Shown here: one piece after another, positions 38,225-50,919 of the stretch
Position numbering within the stretch: the stretch's first letter is position 1
Layout of the letters: each line of letters opens with the position of its first letter
Source: Octopus sinensis
Taxonomy: Eukaryota
Assembly (NCBI RefSeq): GCF_006345805.1
Contig: NC_043021.1
Span: 28,148,001 to 28,212,000 of the forward strand
Direction: 5' to 3'
Length of the DNA: 64,000 bases
Position numbers and translations under genes: made by a program
Notes under the pieces: generated by a model
Database searches by the model: none
Told to the model about the DNA's origin: nothing
Seen by the model: the letters and a program-made list of their open reading frames with translations, nothing else

Positions 38225-38750
38225 ACTTTTCATGTCCTAATACATCTCCTGCTGTGGCTGTGTAGTCATATCCTGGACAAACACTCCCAATGGCTGGTGC
38301 CGCAAATGTAGCGAAGACTTTGCCTGGCTGGTCGTAATGCCATAGTTTCTTGTTGACGTCTTTTCTTGTCTTTCCATTTCTCCTCTCTCTCTCTCTCTGT
38401 CACTCCTTTGTGTTCCCTCTTTTACGGTACGTCGCCAATCTCCACGGTTACTGGCAGCTGCTTCCCAGTTGGTAATATTGATGTTGCAGGCATTCATGTC
38501 CCTTTTGCAAATCTTAAGAACGGTCTTCCCACAGACCTAGTGCCCATAGCAAACTTCCGTAGAGTATGTCCTTGGGGATTCTGCCATCTTCCATACGGCT
38601 AACATGTCCAAGCCATCTCATACTTCTTTGTGTGAGGAGTGCAAACATGCTTGGTATTCCTGCTTGCTTGAGGACATCTTTGTTGGGGACATAATTCTGC
38701 CATTTGATGCGATGTTGGAGCCAAGTTGCCAAGCTATCAGGCGTTCGTAA
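38225..38750 (-). mobile_element. RTE-BovB-like LINE ORF2 3' end
   Basis: IKWQNYVPNKDVLKQAGIPSMFALLTQRSMRWLGHVSRMEDGRIPKDILYG...WEAAASNRGDWRRTVKEG. Confidence 0.9.
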
Positions 38751-38789
38751 AACAGGTCGGCGATGAAGTGGAGTTGTCACTGCCACAAA

Positions 38790-39032
38790 AGAGAAGAGAA
38801 TGGTACGAACGTAGGACCATCACGTACCGAGTTTATGTTAATGAAAATAGAAGTCGTCGGAATGGAGGTAATCGAAGAAGCGCTGGAAAGGACTGAAGAA
38901 GAGATTTTATTCCTGGCAAGAGGTGTAAATTTCGGTACCATGGTGGTCCAGTTTGAGAACGAAAGTGTAGCGAGAAGAATGGCGGTGAGGACTGTGAGGA
39001 CGGGAAAGGTGTTCCTTCTGCCCTTGTATATG
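38790..39032 (+). pseudogene. Third remnant of the gag-like ORF1 family, cut by a family-A SINE fragment
   Basis: IEEALERTEEEILFLARGVNFGTMVVQFENESVARRMAV...VFLLPLYM aligns with the other two copies. Confidence 0.6.
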
Positions 39033-39460
39033 CTTAGCGGCATTTCGTCCGACTTTGCGTTCTGAGTTCAAATGCCGCCGACATTGACTTTGACTTTCAT
39101 CCTTTTGGAGTCGATAAAATGAGCACCAGTTGAGTTCTGGTGCCAATATGACTGACATAAGCCCTACCACGAAATTGCTGGCCTCATTGATAACTTTGTT
39201 TACTTCGAGTTGCAGCGATGAAAAAATATGAATATAATGGCGGTGCCCCAGCATGGCCACAGCTCATGAGCTGAAACTAGAATCAATCAATCAATCAATC
39301 AATCAACTCTCAGTTAAGGAACGTCTCGTCTATCCATTTGAAAGCATGAACTGTGATTAAGTACTTTCTCATTTTCTCATTTTCTGAATTCAAGCAATAT
39401 GCACCTACAGAAGCATGAACGGGGTTGAAATAATCATGTAAGAAAATTTATAGCTTGAAA

Positions 39461-40384
39461 TGCGGCGAGCTGGCACGCCGGGGGGCGAAATGCGTGGCCG
39501 TATTTCGTCTGCCGTTACGCTCTGAGTTCAAATTCAGCCGAGATCGACTTCGCCTTTCATCCTTTCGGGGTCGATAAATTAAGTACCAGTTACGCACTGT
39601 AATCGACTTATACCGTTTGTCTGTTCTTGTTTGTCCTCTCTGTGTTTAGTCGCTTGTGGGTAGTAAAGAAATAGGTCTTTCGTCTGTCGCTACGTTCTGA
39701 GTTCAAATTCCACCGAGATCGACTTTGCCTTTCATCCTTTCGGGGTCGATTAAATAAGTATCAGTTACGCACTGGGGTCGATATAATTGACTTAATTCGA
39801 GATGAAGGCGGCAGCATTGTTAGCACACCGGGCAAAATGCTCAGCGGTATTTCGTCTGTCGCTATGTACTGAGTTCAAATTCAGCCGAGGTCGACTTTGC
39901 CTTTCATCCTACGAGGTCGATAAAATAAGTACCAGTAACGCACTGGGGCCGATGTAATCGACTTAATCCATTTGTCTGTCCTTGTTTGTTCCTTCTGTGT
40001 GTAGCCCCTTGTGGGCAGTAAAGAAATAGGTATTTCGTCTGCTGTTACGTTCTGAGTTCAAATTCCGCCGAGATCGACTTCGCCTTTCATCCTTTCGGGG
40101 TCGATAAATTAAGTACCAGTTACGCACTGGTGTCGATATAATCGACTTAATCCATTTGTCTGTCCCTGTTAGTCGTCTCTGTGTTTAGCCCCTTGTGGGT
40201 AGTAAAGAAATAAGTATTTCGTCAGCCGCTCTGTTCTGATTTTTAAATTCCGTCGAGGTCGACTTTGCATTTCATCCTTTCGGGCTCGATAAATTAAGTA
40301 CCAGTTGCGTACTGGGGTCGATGTAATGGACTGGCCCCCTCTCCCAAAATTTCGGGCTTTGTGCCTAGAGTAGAAAAGAATATT
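39461..40384 (+). mobile_element. Family-A SINE dimer plus trimer (head, X modules, terminal Y module)
   Basis: Five cores; the same GAAATAG/A|GTATTTCGTC-type junction at about 39675, 40030 and 40214. Confidence 0.9.
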
Positions 40385-41617
40385 TATATCTTGTAAGAAT
40401 ATTTAACAGGATTTCAGCGACTGAAGCCGTATTTGCTACATCATATGTTAGACATATACAGCGTCAGCAGACAAGATACTGTGGTTTTCTCGTGTTGTTT
40501 TAAAAGCATAATACATAACGGAGGGACATGAAAAATCAACCAGTTTAGCAAGAGCTCGTCTATAATAAATTTTCCTTAGGATGTAAACGCAGGCGCTTTC
40601 CTATCAATGGCGTATCAACGTTATGTAAGATACATGAATTGCTATTTTACTTATCTCTTCGATTTTATCACATCTATTTGTATTCAAACTATGATTTTGA
40701 TGTTTCTGTTTCTATAGATGTTTGTAAACGTTAAATTCATTTAAATTTAATTTCCTTGTTTATTTTCTTATTACAATATATTATTAATAAGCACTTCTGT
40801 AAATTAATATTCAATGCCCGATCCTATAAAATTGTCTTGTCCTCTCCCCCGTGTTTTTAAATCTATAATAAACATATATATATATATATTCGTTTTTATA
40901 TTTGTATTTCAGAAACTACTACAATACATAGTCTTACTAGTGAAGTAAGAGCTGTCACTTTACGAACAACTGCACCTAGAAATGAATATTAATAATTTCT
41001 CATTAATAATGAATACATCGTTTCTCTAAATACCGTCGTCTTTATTCTCGTTCTTTTGTTTATTGATTAACGGAGCAAGTCTAATAAAATTGCCATAGCT
41101 TCACAGAACAGCCACTGCGATGATTACATTCCTTTACACCTGCGCTACACAATTATGTTGTATAGTTTAAATATCCTTCGTTCTAATGTAACGTTTCCTG
41201 TTTTCAAAATCCGATGCCGCCACAAAAGGCAAATGTTTAGGAAGAGATGAGAATATTAATAACTAATATCTTGTTTTCCATGTTTCTTTTTTGTTCTTTT
41301 ATTAATTTTGTTTTAATAACTGGTGATTTTCTTAATTTTTCTCGCTGCTGAAATAAGTCACCAAATTTCCTTCTGTATTTCTGTCTCTGAGCAACAACGT
41401 TGTAACCACAACCCTAAGCAAAACTATTGGATTTTCCATTTGGCAAATAAAACTATGCACAAAGAAAATTGACTTGCACACTCACACACACACACACGCA
41501 CGCACAAAGATATATATATTATATAGGTGTGTATGTGTGTGTGCATGTTTACCTCTGCGTATGTAGTTATATACCTCTCTTTTTTGCTCTCTATATGTGT
41601 GTATGTACTAGGTATGC

Positions 41618-41693
<76 letters not shown>

Positions 41694-42386
41694 TATGTAT
41701 GACCGCGCGTAGCTGTGTATGCACTTGTGTTTTTAAGGTTATCAGACTAAGAGTATAGAAAAATATCGAAAATTCAATGTAGGAATATTGCATAGTTCAA
41801 AAGATGATAGAAGTTCAAGAAGCAACGATAACACATGTAGTTTATTATTGAACAAGTTATCATTCCATTAGTTCCTGGTATCAAAGACATTGCTAATTCA
41901 ATTTAATTAATTAATGCGTTAATAACAATAACTCACAGTTGGTCTTCTAATAGACAATTACGGTTGTGATGAAATGCGGAAAATAATTTAGTAATTTTCT
42001 CGATGAAATTATCGTGTACGGATAATTTCAACTATTCTAGGAAGTTGCTTTCTATGAACACAATATGGTGTCATTGTTGATGTTGCTACACACACACACA
42101 CACACACATATGCATGTATATATACATATGCATATATGTGTATATATACATATATATATATATATGTGTGTGTGCATGTGTGTTTGTGTGTACATATATA
42201 TTTATAAACACGCGAATATACATACGAATATTTATACACATGTACACGTAGTCTGTGTGTGTACATATATATATATATATATATAAATATATGTGTGTAT
42301 ACATATGTATATGTATATAGATATATATATGTATATATGTATAAATATATATGATTGAATACCTATTAATATATGTATGTAATATA

Positions 42387-42429
<43 letters not shown>

Positions 42430-42562
42430 TTCTTCCCTTCCTTCCTGAGCGTCCAATAATACTATGTTTGTTCCACGTCCTCGCGTTGTTGTGCTTTCTC
42501 TTTGTGTTTTCATGTTTGGATTAACTATATATATATATGTGTATTTATATATATATTTATAC

Positions 42563-42598
<36 letters not shown>

Positions 42599-42663
42599 AT
42601 GTGTACACTTATAAATATCATGTTTTGCATTCGTCCGTTATTTTGATTTCCTGAATAATGAAT

Positions 42664-42713
42664 GATTGTATTAGTACAATGTCGATCAGGAAATACCTGG
42701 AGATCTTCATCAG
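42664..42713 (-). ncRNA. Decayed hammerhead-like motif
   Basis: CTGATGA A GATC..14 nt..GATC GACA TTGTA-CTAA-TACAA TC: stems II and III pair, GAAA->GACA, stem I absent. Confidence 0.4.
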
Positions 42714-43060
42714 AAGCGTGAGATCGATTCCCAATTGAATGTACGCAGTTTCGTTTTTGGGTTTTTGTAAATAAATTAACTTTTCACCCTCGTGTTATTC
42801 TCTATATTGTACCGGCCACGGAGCAGCACGCCGTATTCAAGGGTTAAGTGATCCCCTGCCAGTTTAATTACTTCTTTGAAGACTTCACATTTTTTTCCAT
42901 AGCATATTTCTCTATTTTTCGGCAACCGTCAGTTTCCTTCCAATATTTATGGAGATAACACAAATAACAAATAACACATAAACTTAGATTCAAGTCAACC
43001 ATTCCGCATATACATTCAAAAGAGATATCTGAAGAATTCAATCACTACTACCATCCACGT

Positions 43061-43304
43061 AGAGGTGCGTGGCTTAGTGGTTAGGGTATCAGCATCATGA
43101 TCGTAAGATTGTGGTTTCGATTCCTGGACTGGGCGGCGGTCTTAAGCAAAACACTTCATTTCACGTTGCTCCAGTCCACTCAGCTGGTAAAAATGGGTAT
43201 CGCTGCGATGGACTAGTGTCCCGTCCAGCTGGGGAACACATACGCCATAGAAACCGGGAAACCGGGCCCATGATCCTGGCTAGGCTTTAAAAAGGGCGCA
43301 TTTA
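43061..43304 (+). mobile_element. Family-C tRNA-derived SINE, full length, with 13-bp TSD
   Basis: A-box TGGCTTAGTGG, B-box GTTTCGATTCC; TACTACCATCCAC at 43046-43058 and 43315-43327. Confidence 0.9.
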
Positions 43305-44261
43305 TTTTTATTTTTACTACCATCCACAACAAGTTACTTTTAGGGCACGTGACCATTTAACATCTAACTACTATCATATTACTCCCACATTCTTGTTCTT
43401 GTTCTTGTTCTTGTTCTTCTTCTTCTTCTTCTTCTTCTTCTTCTTGTTCTCTTCTTCTTCTTCTTCTCCACGAATTCACAATGGCCTCGAACCCACGCTA
43501 AAAGACACACACAAAAAGGTAATGCATACATGTATACATAAATACATATTTGCATATATACATACATGCGTGCGCACACACACACATATCTATACATACA
43601 TATCGATCAAGTCATTTCTCAGGGTTAAAATGTGTTGCTTGTTTTCGTTATCCACATTCCAAATATGGCGCTTTGTATCTTTGTTAGAAACCTGCTCCTT
43701 TTGGGGGCAGAATTCAAAGAATTAAAAATAGAAGAGACATGCAGAGGGCGGGCTTCTGCGCAGTGTTTGACTTGCAGGTTCACTCACAAGAAGACGCCGG
43801 TTGATTCGTAGCTATAAATGACAATTGCTCACAGACCCACGCAGTAGGACTGAATTTGAGATAGCACTGTCTCGAAGCGAACTCCTTAACCACTCATATA
43901 TATCTGAGCCCATGTAGAACGCATGGCCTTTTCATGGCCTTTTTTATGTACTTAACTGTAAAGAAGGAAAGAAAGAAATATCATTGCCGCTGGTGTGCCT
44001 ATGTGGTAAGAAGCTTGATTTCCTACCACAAGGTTTCGGGAACAGTCTCATTGCGTGGCATTTGGGCGAGTGTCTTCTACTATAGTCTCAGGCCAACCAA
44101 AGCCTTGTAAGTGGAAACTGAAAGAAGACCGTCGTATCTATCTATCTATCTATCTATCTTTTATTTTCTTTTTCTTTCTTTTTTCCCCAAAAGAAAAGCC
44201 CTACTTCGTAATTTGTCCCCTCTGTGTTCGGCCCTGTGTGGCTAATAAAGAAACATATCTT

Positions 44262-44293
<32 letters not shown>

Positions 44294-44298
<5 letters not shown>

Positions 44299-44790
44299 GG
44301 TGCATAAAATATTTGAGGACATATTTGTTTATAACAAAAGATATAATAATAGATAATAACTTTATTTATCAATAAAATGCCATGAGGATAAAAATAAAGC
44401 TTCTTTTCCATAATGTTATTCAATAAAGCTACCTTCAACTTCAACAACTGCTTCTATATGAGATCTAAATCATCTACATGCTCGAATCAAGTGGTGCTTG
44501 TTCAAGTTGGACATTGCTCTGATTATGGCAACTTTCAAAGAATCTTTGGTGCCATAGGTATTTTTATTGACCTCTCTCTCAACAACGCTCCACATGTATG
44601 CTAGTGTAGAGTCTTACTGAAACACATATGACCTTTCATTGCATACACTGCTATTAAGAGCTTAATAATTATTTCCAGAACCTCAATGTAGGCCTTGTGG
44701 AAAGAAGTAAGGAGGCATCACATATCTGTCATTGCTGCCAACCCCTAACACTATGACAGTCGCAGGAAACAACACCAAGCATTCTAAGAT
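44294..44790 (-). mobile_element. Tc1/mariner maT (DD37D-like) transposon 3' half
   Basis: FPATVIVLGV..VMPPYFFPQGL and YMWSVVEREVNK..TKDSLKVAI..ACR*FRSHIEAVVEVEGSFIE*; terminus TACAGGGTG. Confidence 0.8.
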
Positions 44791-45629
44791 AATGTTAAAA
44801 CTTACATTGAGGAGTGGAACGTAGAATTTTCTGTAATTCAAACCAATTCATGTCCCAAGGAGACAGAATGGAAAAGGCGTTGCCTCGGAGAAAGGCGAGG
44901 GAAAGGCTCCGGAACTACCAAACTGACTCAAACGAGCTCACCCTTATGGATAGCCATGTCTGCCTCGACAGCAGTGATCTGGGACATGGTTCGGAGACCG
45001 AGAACCGCCTAAGGTCCCCACTACCACACCGTGACACTTTGCTTTTCTCAGCCTGACGAGTAACGGAGCCACGGATGGTAGCTTAACACACCAATTTGCC
45101 GTCGGTGAAAGTGTAACATACATAATCTTCTACCGACCTTAGTACTTTTGCAGCCACTGCAGCAGCGGCATGAATCTCGTAGTGAACCCACACAATATTC
45201 TACAACACAGGCACCAAGTGAAGATATCTCACTTGACTAAGAACGATATATCACCAACAGTACGACGTCTTAATTACAAGGCATCCTGTTGTAGTCATAT
45301 CTATATTTTCGTTATTTATGTTGTTCATTGTATATCATAAGTATAATTAATGTATCTTTTTATCGGAGTTATATATTATTGGCTATCATGCTCTGACAAC
45401 AATTCATATTAAAGTAGTAAATGATGTTTGTACGCTAATTATTTTATTTAAGTGTATGTACATATGTGTATTGGGATTATATTTCTGAGTGTGTATCTAT
45501 CATAGTTTCTACATATATAATTATATATACACATGTACATATAGGTATACATACATAGTTTATACATCACACACATACACACAGTGTTTGTGCCAACATA
45601 CATATATAGTGAGTGCGAGAAGGGAGTAG

Positions 45630-46100
<471 letters not shown>

Positions 46101-46435
46101 GATGTAGGCTTTATCTTTTATCTGTACTTGTTCTCTGCTCAAAAGGAAACGGTGGTGCCATCGTCACAAAACGTGTCTCCCATTAAAATATGTGAAGCTT
46201 TGATCTTAGCTTAGAGACGCAGCACACTTAAATCGTTATCATCAAGTCTCCTGTGCATGTGTGTATATGTATAGGTGTGTATGTGTGCCTCTGTGTGTGA
46301 CCGCGCGCGCGATGATGTGTGTGTGTGCGTGCGCATTTGTGTATGTGTGTCTGGTGGAATTTCAAATTTTAATCACGTAAGTTCTCATCCGAATCTCAGT
46401 AATAGTTTGCAAATGTTCCGAGAGTCCAAGAATTT

Positions 46436-46607
46436 CAGTTCTATATTTAAGAGATAAGGAATTATGTACATTATTTACATTCGACAAATATTTGTCCTCA
46501 TCTTGTTTGTTGTTAACGCAACGTTTCGGCTGATATACCCTCCAGCCTTCGTCAGGTGTCTTGGGGAAATTTCGAACCTGGGCTCTCATTCCTAAGTTAT
46601 TTTTTGA

Positions 46608-46646
<39 letters not shown>

Positions 46647-46772
46647 TATTGTTATTATCATTATTGCTGTTGTTGTTGTTGTTGTTGTTGTTATTGTTCA
46701 GGTCACTGCTTGGAATCGAACTAGGAATCTTGGGCCTAGTAGCCCGCGCTCTTAACCACTATGCCATAAGCC
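46436..46772 (-). mobile_element. Composite SINE-like element: tRNA head + (AAC/AAT)n linker + hammerhead-bearing tail
   Basis: A-box TGGCATAGTGG (46766-46756), B-box GTTCGATTCC (46721-46712), microsatellite about 46610-46695, HHR 46515-46560, all on the minus strand. Confidence 0.65.
46515..46560 (-). ncRNA. Minimal type I hammerhead ribozyme, near intact
   Basis: GACAC CTGACGA A GGCTG-GAGGGTATAT-CAGCC GAAA CG TT GCGTT: intact core, 5-bp stem II, palindromic ACGT stem III, one mismatch in stem I. Confidence 0.75.
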
Positions 46773-47134
46773 TGTGGCAAGAATTTGTCCAAGGATTTGA
46801 TAAAGCATTGCACGACGCTGAGCGAAGTAGCGGCTTTTCAGCGCCAGCAACTGTAACTGAGACGACCAGAAACCAACTGCACTTCATTTTAAAAAACAAA
46901 AGAAAATTATACGTGTTTATCTTCTAGAAAAGAGTTGTAACGAGAACTATGGAGCCTTAAATCTGAGAGGCTTACACGCTAATCAACTCTTAAATGGAGT
47001 TCGAATAGACCTGGAAACAATACTATATAAGAAGTGGTTTCACACCCCTCAAAACTGTGGAACTCCCGTTACCGGATGCCCATTACCGAATGCAGATTTA
47101 AGTTATACGCAGGGCATATATGTCTTATGTTTTA

Positions 47135-47610
47135 TTTTCTTTTTTATCTTTTACTTGTTTCAGTCATTAGACTGCGGCCATGCTGGGGCACTGCTTTGAA
47201 GAATTTAAGTCGAACGAATCGACCGCAGGACTTATTCATTTTTTTTAAAGCCTGCTCTCCTTCACCGAAGTTACAGGGATGTAAGCCCACTAATACCGTT
47301 TGTCAAGCGTTGGGGGGGGGGAAGAAACACAGGCACAAAGACACACCCACACACATACACACGCACGCACGAGCACACACACACGTTCACACACACTCAC
47401 GAATATCGCACACCCACAAACATATACACACACACACAAACACACGCACACATACACAGCGGTCTACTTCCAGTTTCCGTCAGCCAAATCTATCCACAAG
47501 GTATTTGTCGGCCCGAGGCTATATTAGAGGACACTTGATCAAGGTGCCACGCAGTGGAACTGAACCCAATACAGTGTAGTTGAGAAACAAACCACTTCCC
47601 TCACAGCCAT
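47135..47610 (-). mobile_element. Family-B SINE, near full length
   Basis: All family-B blocks present in reverse complement, with an internal (CA)n. Confidence 0.85.
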
Positions 47611-48184
47611 ACTATGACCCTCAGATGAGTTCAGAAAAGACTCACCGATCATTGTTGTGCCTAGATACAGCACGTTGTGTTTTAAGAAAAAGATTTGGAT
47701 CATTTTTTTTAAGACTCTGTTCGGAACTGTAGATCCTTACCTGTTTGCTTAAGTTTCAGAAGGTTGTCAAAAGGGGTTAAATTCTAAATATAAGATATGC
47801 ATATAACGCCATCCTTAAAACTTTAATATCTTTGAAATTACTATAGCTTGCAGTCATTTGGACTCGGTAATTCCTTTTTTTTCTTTTCGTGTATAATCCG
47901 AACACATATTCAGTAGCCAAAGGATATTAACTTTCCCCTATATTCGCAGTAAAGGAACCACATACATGCACAGCTGGTTTTTAGTTAACCCCAGGCTAAG
48001 CTTGTTAATGTATGAACGAAAAGGACTGCCAGTATGTTCTCTCCGATTTCTTCTCTTCACATGCTTTTCCGTTTCCATTATAACAAGAACATCTACGCCA
48101 TCATTCAGGATTTTTTTAAAGGTAAAATTTGATGTCATGTTTTGAATTTTTTGTTAGTGGTATTTTTAAGAGTGATACTTATTT

Positions 48185-48247
<63 letters not shown>

Positions 48248-48764
48248 TTATATAACCAAAAATGACTGACAAAAGTAGCATTAACATTTTCGTTGGTTCA
48301 GTTTCTCTCAACCGATCTATGAACCGACTGAGGAGACCCATCAGTAACGAACTTATATTGGCTACTGGAAACAGATGTAAGTCAAATTTACTGCAATTTT
48401 AATACAGATATATTAGAGGCACATATCTACACATACGGACAGACACAAGCATATACATATACTTTACATAGACTTGTATGGATGTGCGTGTGTTTATTAC
48501 TTTTTATTCTTTGTCGGATAAAAATAGATAGACAGCATAGATTCGATAGACAGGTAGAGGGGATAGATAGATACAGAGATAGATAGATAGATAGATAGAT
48601 GCATAGACAGATAGAGATAGATAGATAGATAGATAGATAGATGGATGGATGGATAGATAGATAGATAGATAGATGGATGGATAGATACATAGATAAATAG
48701 ATAGATAGATACATACACACATAGATACATATGTAAATTGATAGATAGATAGATAGATAAATAG

Positions 48765-49167
48765 ACTGCGTGGCACCTTGGGCAAGTGTCTTCTACTATA
48801 ACCTCGGACCGACTAAAGCCTTGTGAGTGGATTTGGTAGACGGAAACTGAAAGAAGTCCGTTGTATATATGTATATATATCACGTGACCGACCAGACTAT
48901 CAGATGTTGTTACATATCGTTGGTCACAATGCGTTCGCATTGTTTTAGCCTTCGAATGACGCCACCCCGCTGACTAACAGAAGAAAGAGGGGGAGAAAGT
49001 TGTGGTGAAAGAGTATAGCAGGGATCACCACCCCCTGCCGGAGCATCGTGGAGCTTTTAGGTGTTTTCGCTCAATAAACGCTCACAACGCCCGGCCTGAG
49101 AATCGAAACCGCGATCATACGACCGCGAGTCCGCTACCCTGACCACTGGGCCATTGCGCCTCCACAT

Positions 49168-49218
<51 letters not shown>

Positions 49219-49224
49219 ATGTAT

Positions 49225-49262
<38 letters not shown>

Positions 49263-49478
49263 CGTGTGTGTATATGTTTGTGTGTCTGTGTTTGTCCCCC
49301 CAACATCGCTTGACAACCGATGCTGGTGTGTTTACGTCCCCGTAACTAAGCGGTTCGGCCAAAGAAACCGATGAAATAAGTACTTCGCTTACAAAGAATA
49401 AGTCCCGGGGTCGATTTGGTCGACTCAAGGCAGTGCTCCAGCATGGCCATAGTCAAATGACTGAAACAAGTAAAAGAG
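48765..49478 (+). mobile_element. Family-B SINE split by a nested SINE
   Basis: 5' half 48765-48880, 3' half 49261-49478. Confidence 0.85.
48881..49165 (-). mobile_element. Family-D tRNA-derived SINE inserted in the internal (TA)n of the family-B copy
   Basis: Head GTGGAGGCGCAATGGCCCAGTGG..GGTTTCGATTCTC on the minus strand. Confidence 0.8.
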
Positions 49479-49496
49479 ATAGATAGATAGATGGAC

Positions 49497-49612
<116 letters not shown>

Positions 49613-49822
49613 TTGAACATATTAAACTTTGTCAATGTCCTATATAGTTTCGCAGGCTGAGTTTAGAAGCAAAAATGTGCTAGATGGTAATTTTCAGCGA
49701 TTTTCTCTGTGTGGAATGCAAACTAATCAATGTTGTTAAAAAAAAAACATTGAGAAACATTTCTAATATCTAAAAGCAAAATATTTACTAACCACAAGAA
49801 TTATATAATGGGTTAGGTCAAC

Positions 49823-50033
49823 GATAGAAATAAAAAGGTTTTAAGATCTACTCAATATTTTGAAAGATAATGTTGATAACTGTTCAATAGTTAAACCATT
49901 GCAAAGTAATGCCTTAAAAGGGAGAAAATACCTATGGATAGATTCTGCATTATCAAAAATCAAATCAAATGCTGATTTTGATGATAATAAAGTAATATAG
50001 TTAAACAAAATATTTTTTGATTAATCCTGATAA

Positions 50034-50089
<56 letters not shown>

Positions 50090-50919
50090 TTATATAGATG
50101 TGTGTATATCTAATGAAAACATAGCTAGCCACTGAAAATTAAATTAACGAAAATTAATTACATATAACAGTTACAACGTGGAAGGTAGATGTCATTCATT
50201 CAAAAAATGCAAAGACTGTTATCTTCATTGAAACATGTCAAAATGTTTCATCACGTGACCTGACATTGCTTACAAGAGAACCGCATCTGCTTCAAGGTGA
50301 CACGTGATGCGATGAAGATGCTGAAGTCAACAGTCTGTGTGTGTTTTTGAATGGCTTATATGTATCATCCAGTCTAAGGTAACGAACTGGCAGAATCGTC
50401 CAAAATGCTTATCGACATTACGTCCGTCTTTATGTTCTCAGTTCAAATTCCGCTGAAGTAGAATTTGTCTTTCATTCTTTCGGGGTCGATATACTACATA
50501 CAAATTGAGCACTGGAGTTGACCTAATCGACCCCCTCTAAAATTGCTGGCCTTATGCCAAAACTTTTTTTGAATGAATGACATCTACCTTCCACGTTGTA
50601 ACTGTTATATGTAATTAATTTTCGTTAATTTAATTTTCAGTGGCTAGCTATGTTTTCATTAGATATACACACATCTATATAAGTGTATATATATATATAT
50701 ATATGATGTTATCAGGATTAATCAAAAAATATTTTGTTTAACTATGTTACTTTATTATCATCAAAATCAGCATTTGATTTGATTCTTGATAATGCAGAAT
50801 CTATCCATAGGTATTTTCTCCCTTTTAAGGCATTACTTTGCAATGGTTTAACTATTGAACAGTTATCAACATTATCTTTCAAAATATTGAGTAGATCTTA
50901 AAACCTTTTTATTTCTATC
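49823..50919. repeat. Long inverted repeat: arms 49823-50207 and 50565-50919 around a 357-bp spacer
   Basis: Arms differ by two transitions that I could see, plus (TA)n length; the spacer holds a decayed family-A SINE (about 50365-50563). Confidence 0.95.

Noticed and set aside
46696-46772. tRNA gene
   Set aside because: A and B boxes are present but the acceptor and anticodon stems do not pair properly; treated as a SINE head, as are the other tRNA-like heads
47744-47790. 43-nt minus-strand exon with GTAAGG donor
   Set aside because: The sequence TTAACCCCTTTTGAC looks like a piggyBac-type terminus; not supported as an exon
48320-48390. CTGAGGA...GAAA hammerhead candidate
   Set aside because: Seven unpaired bases before stem II and no stem I
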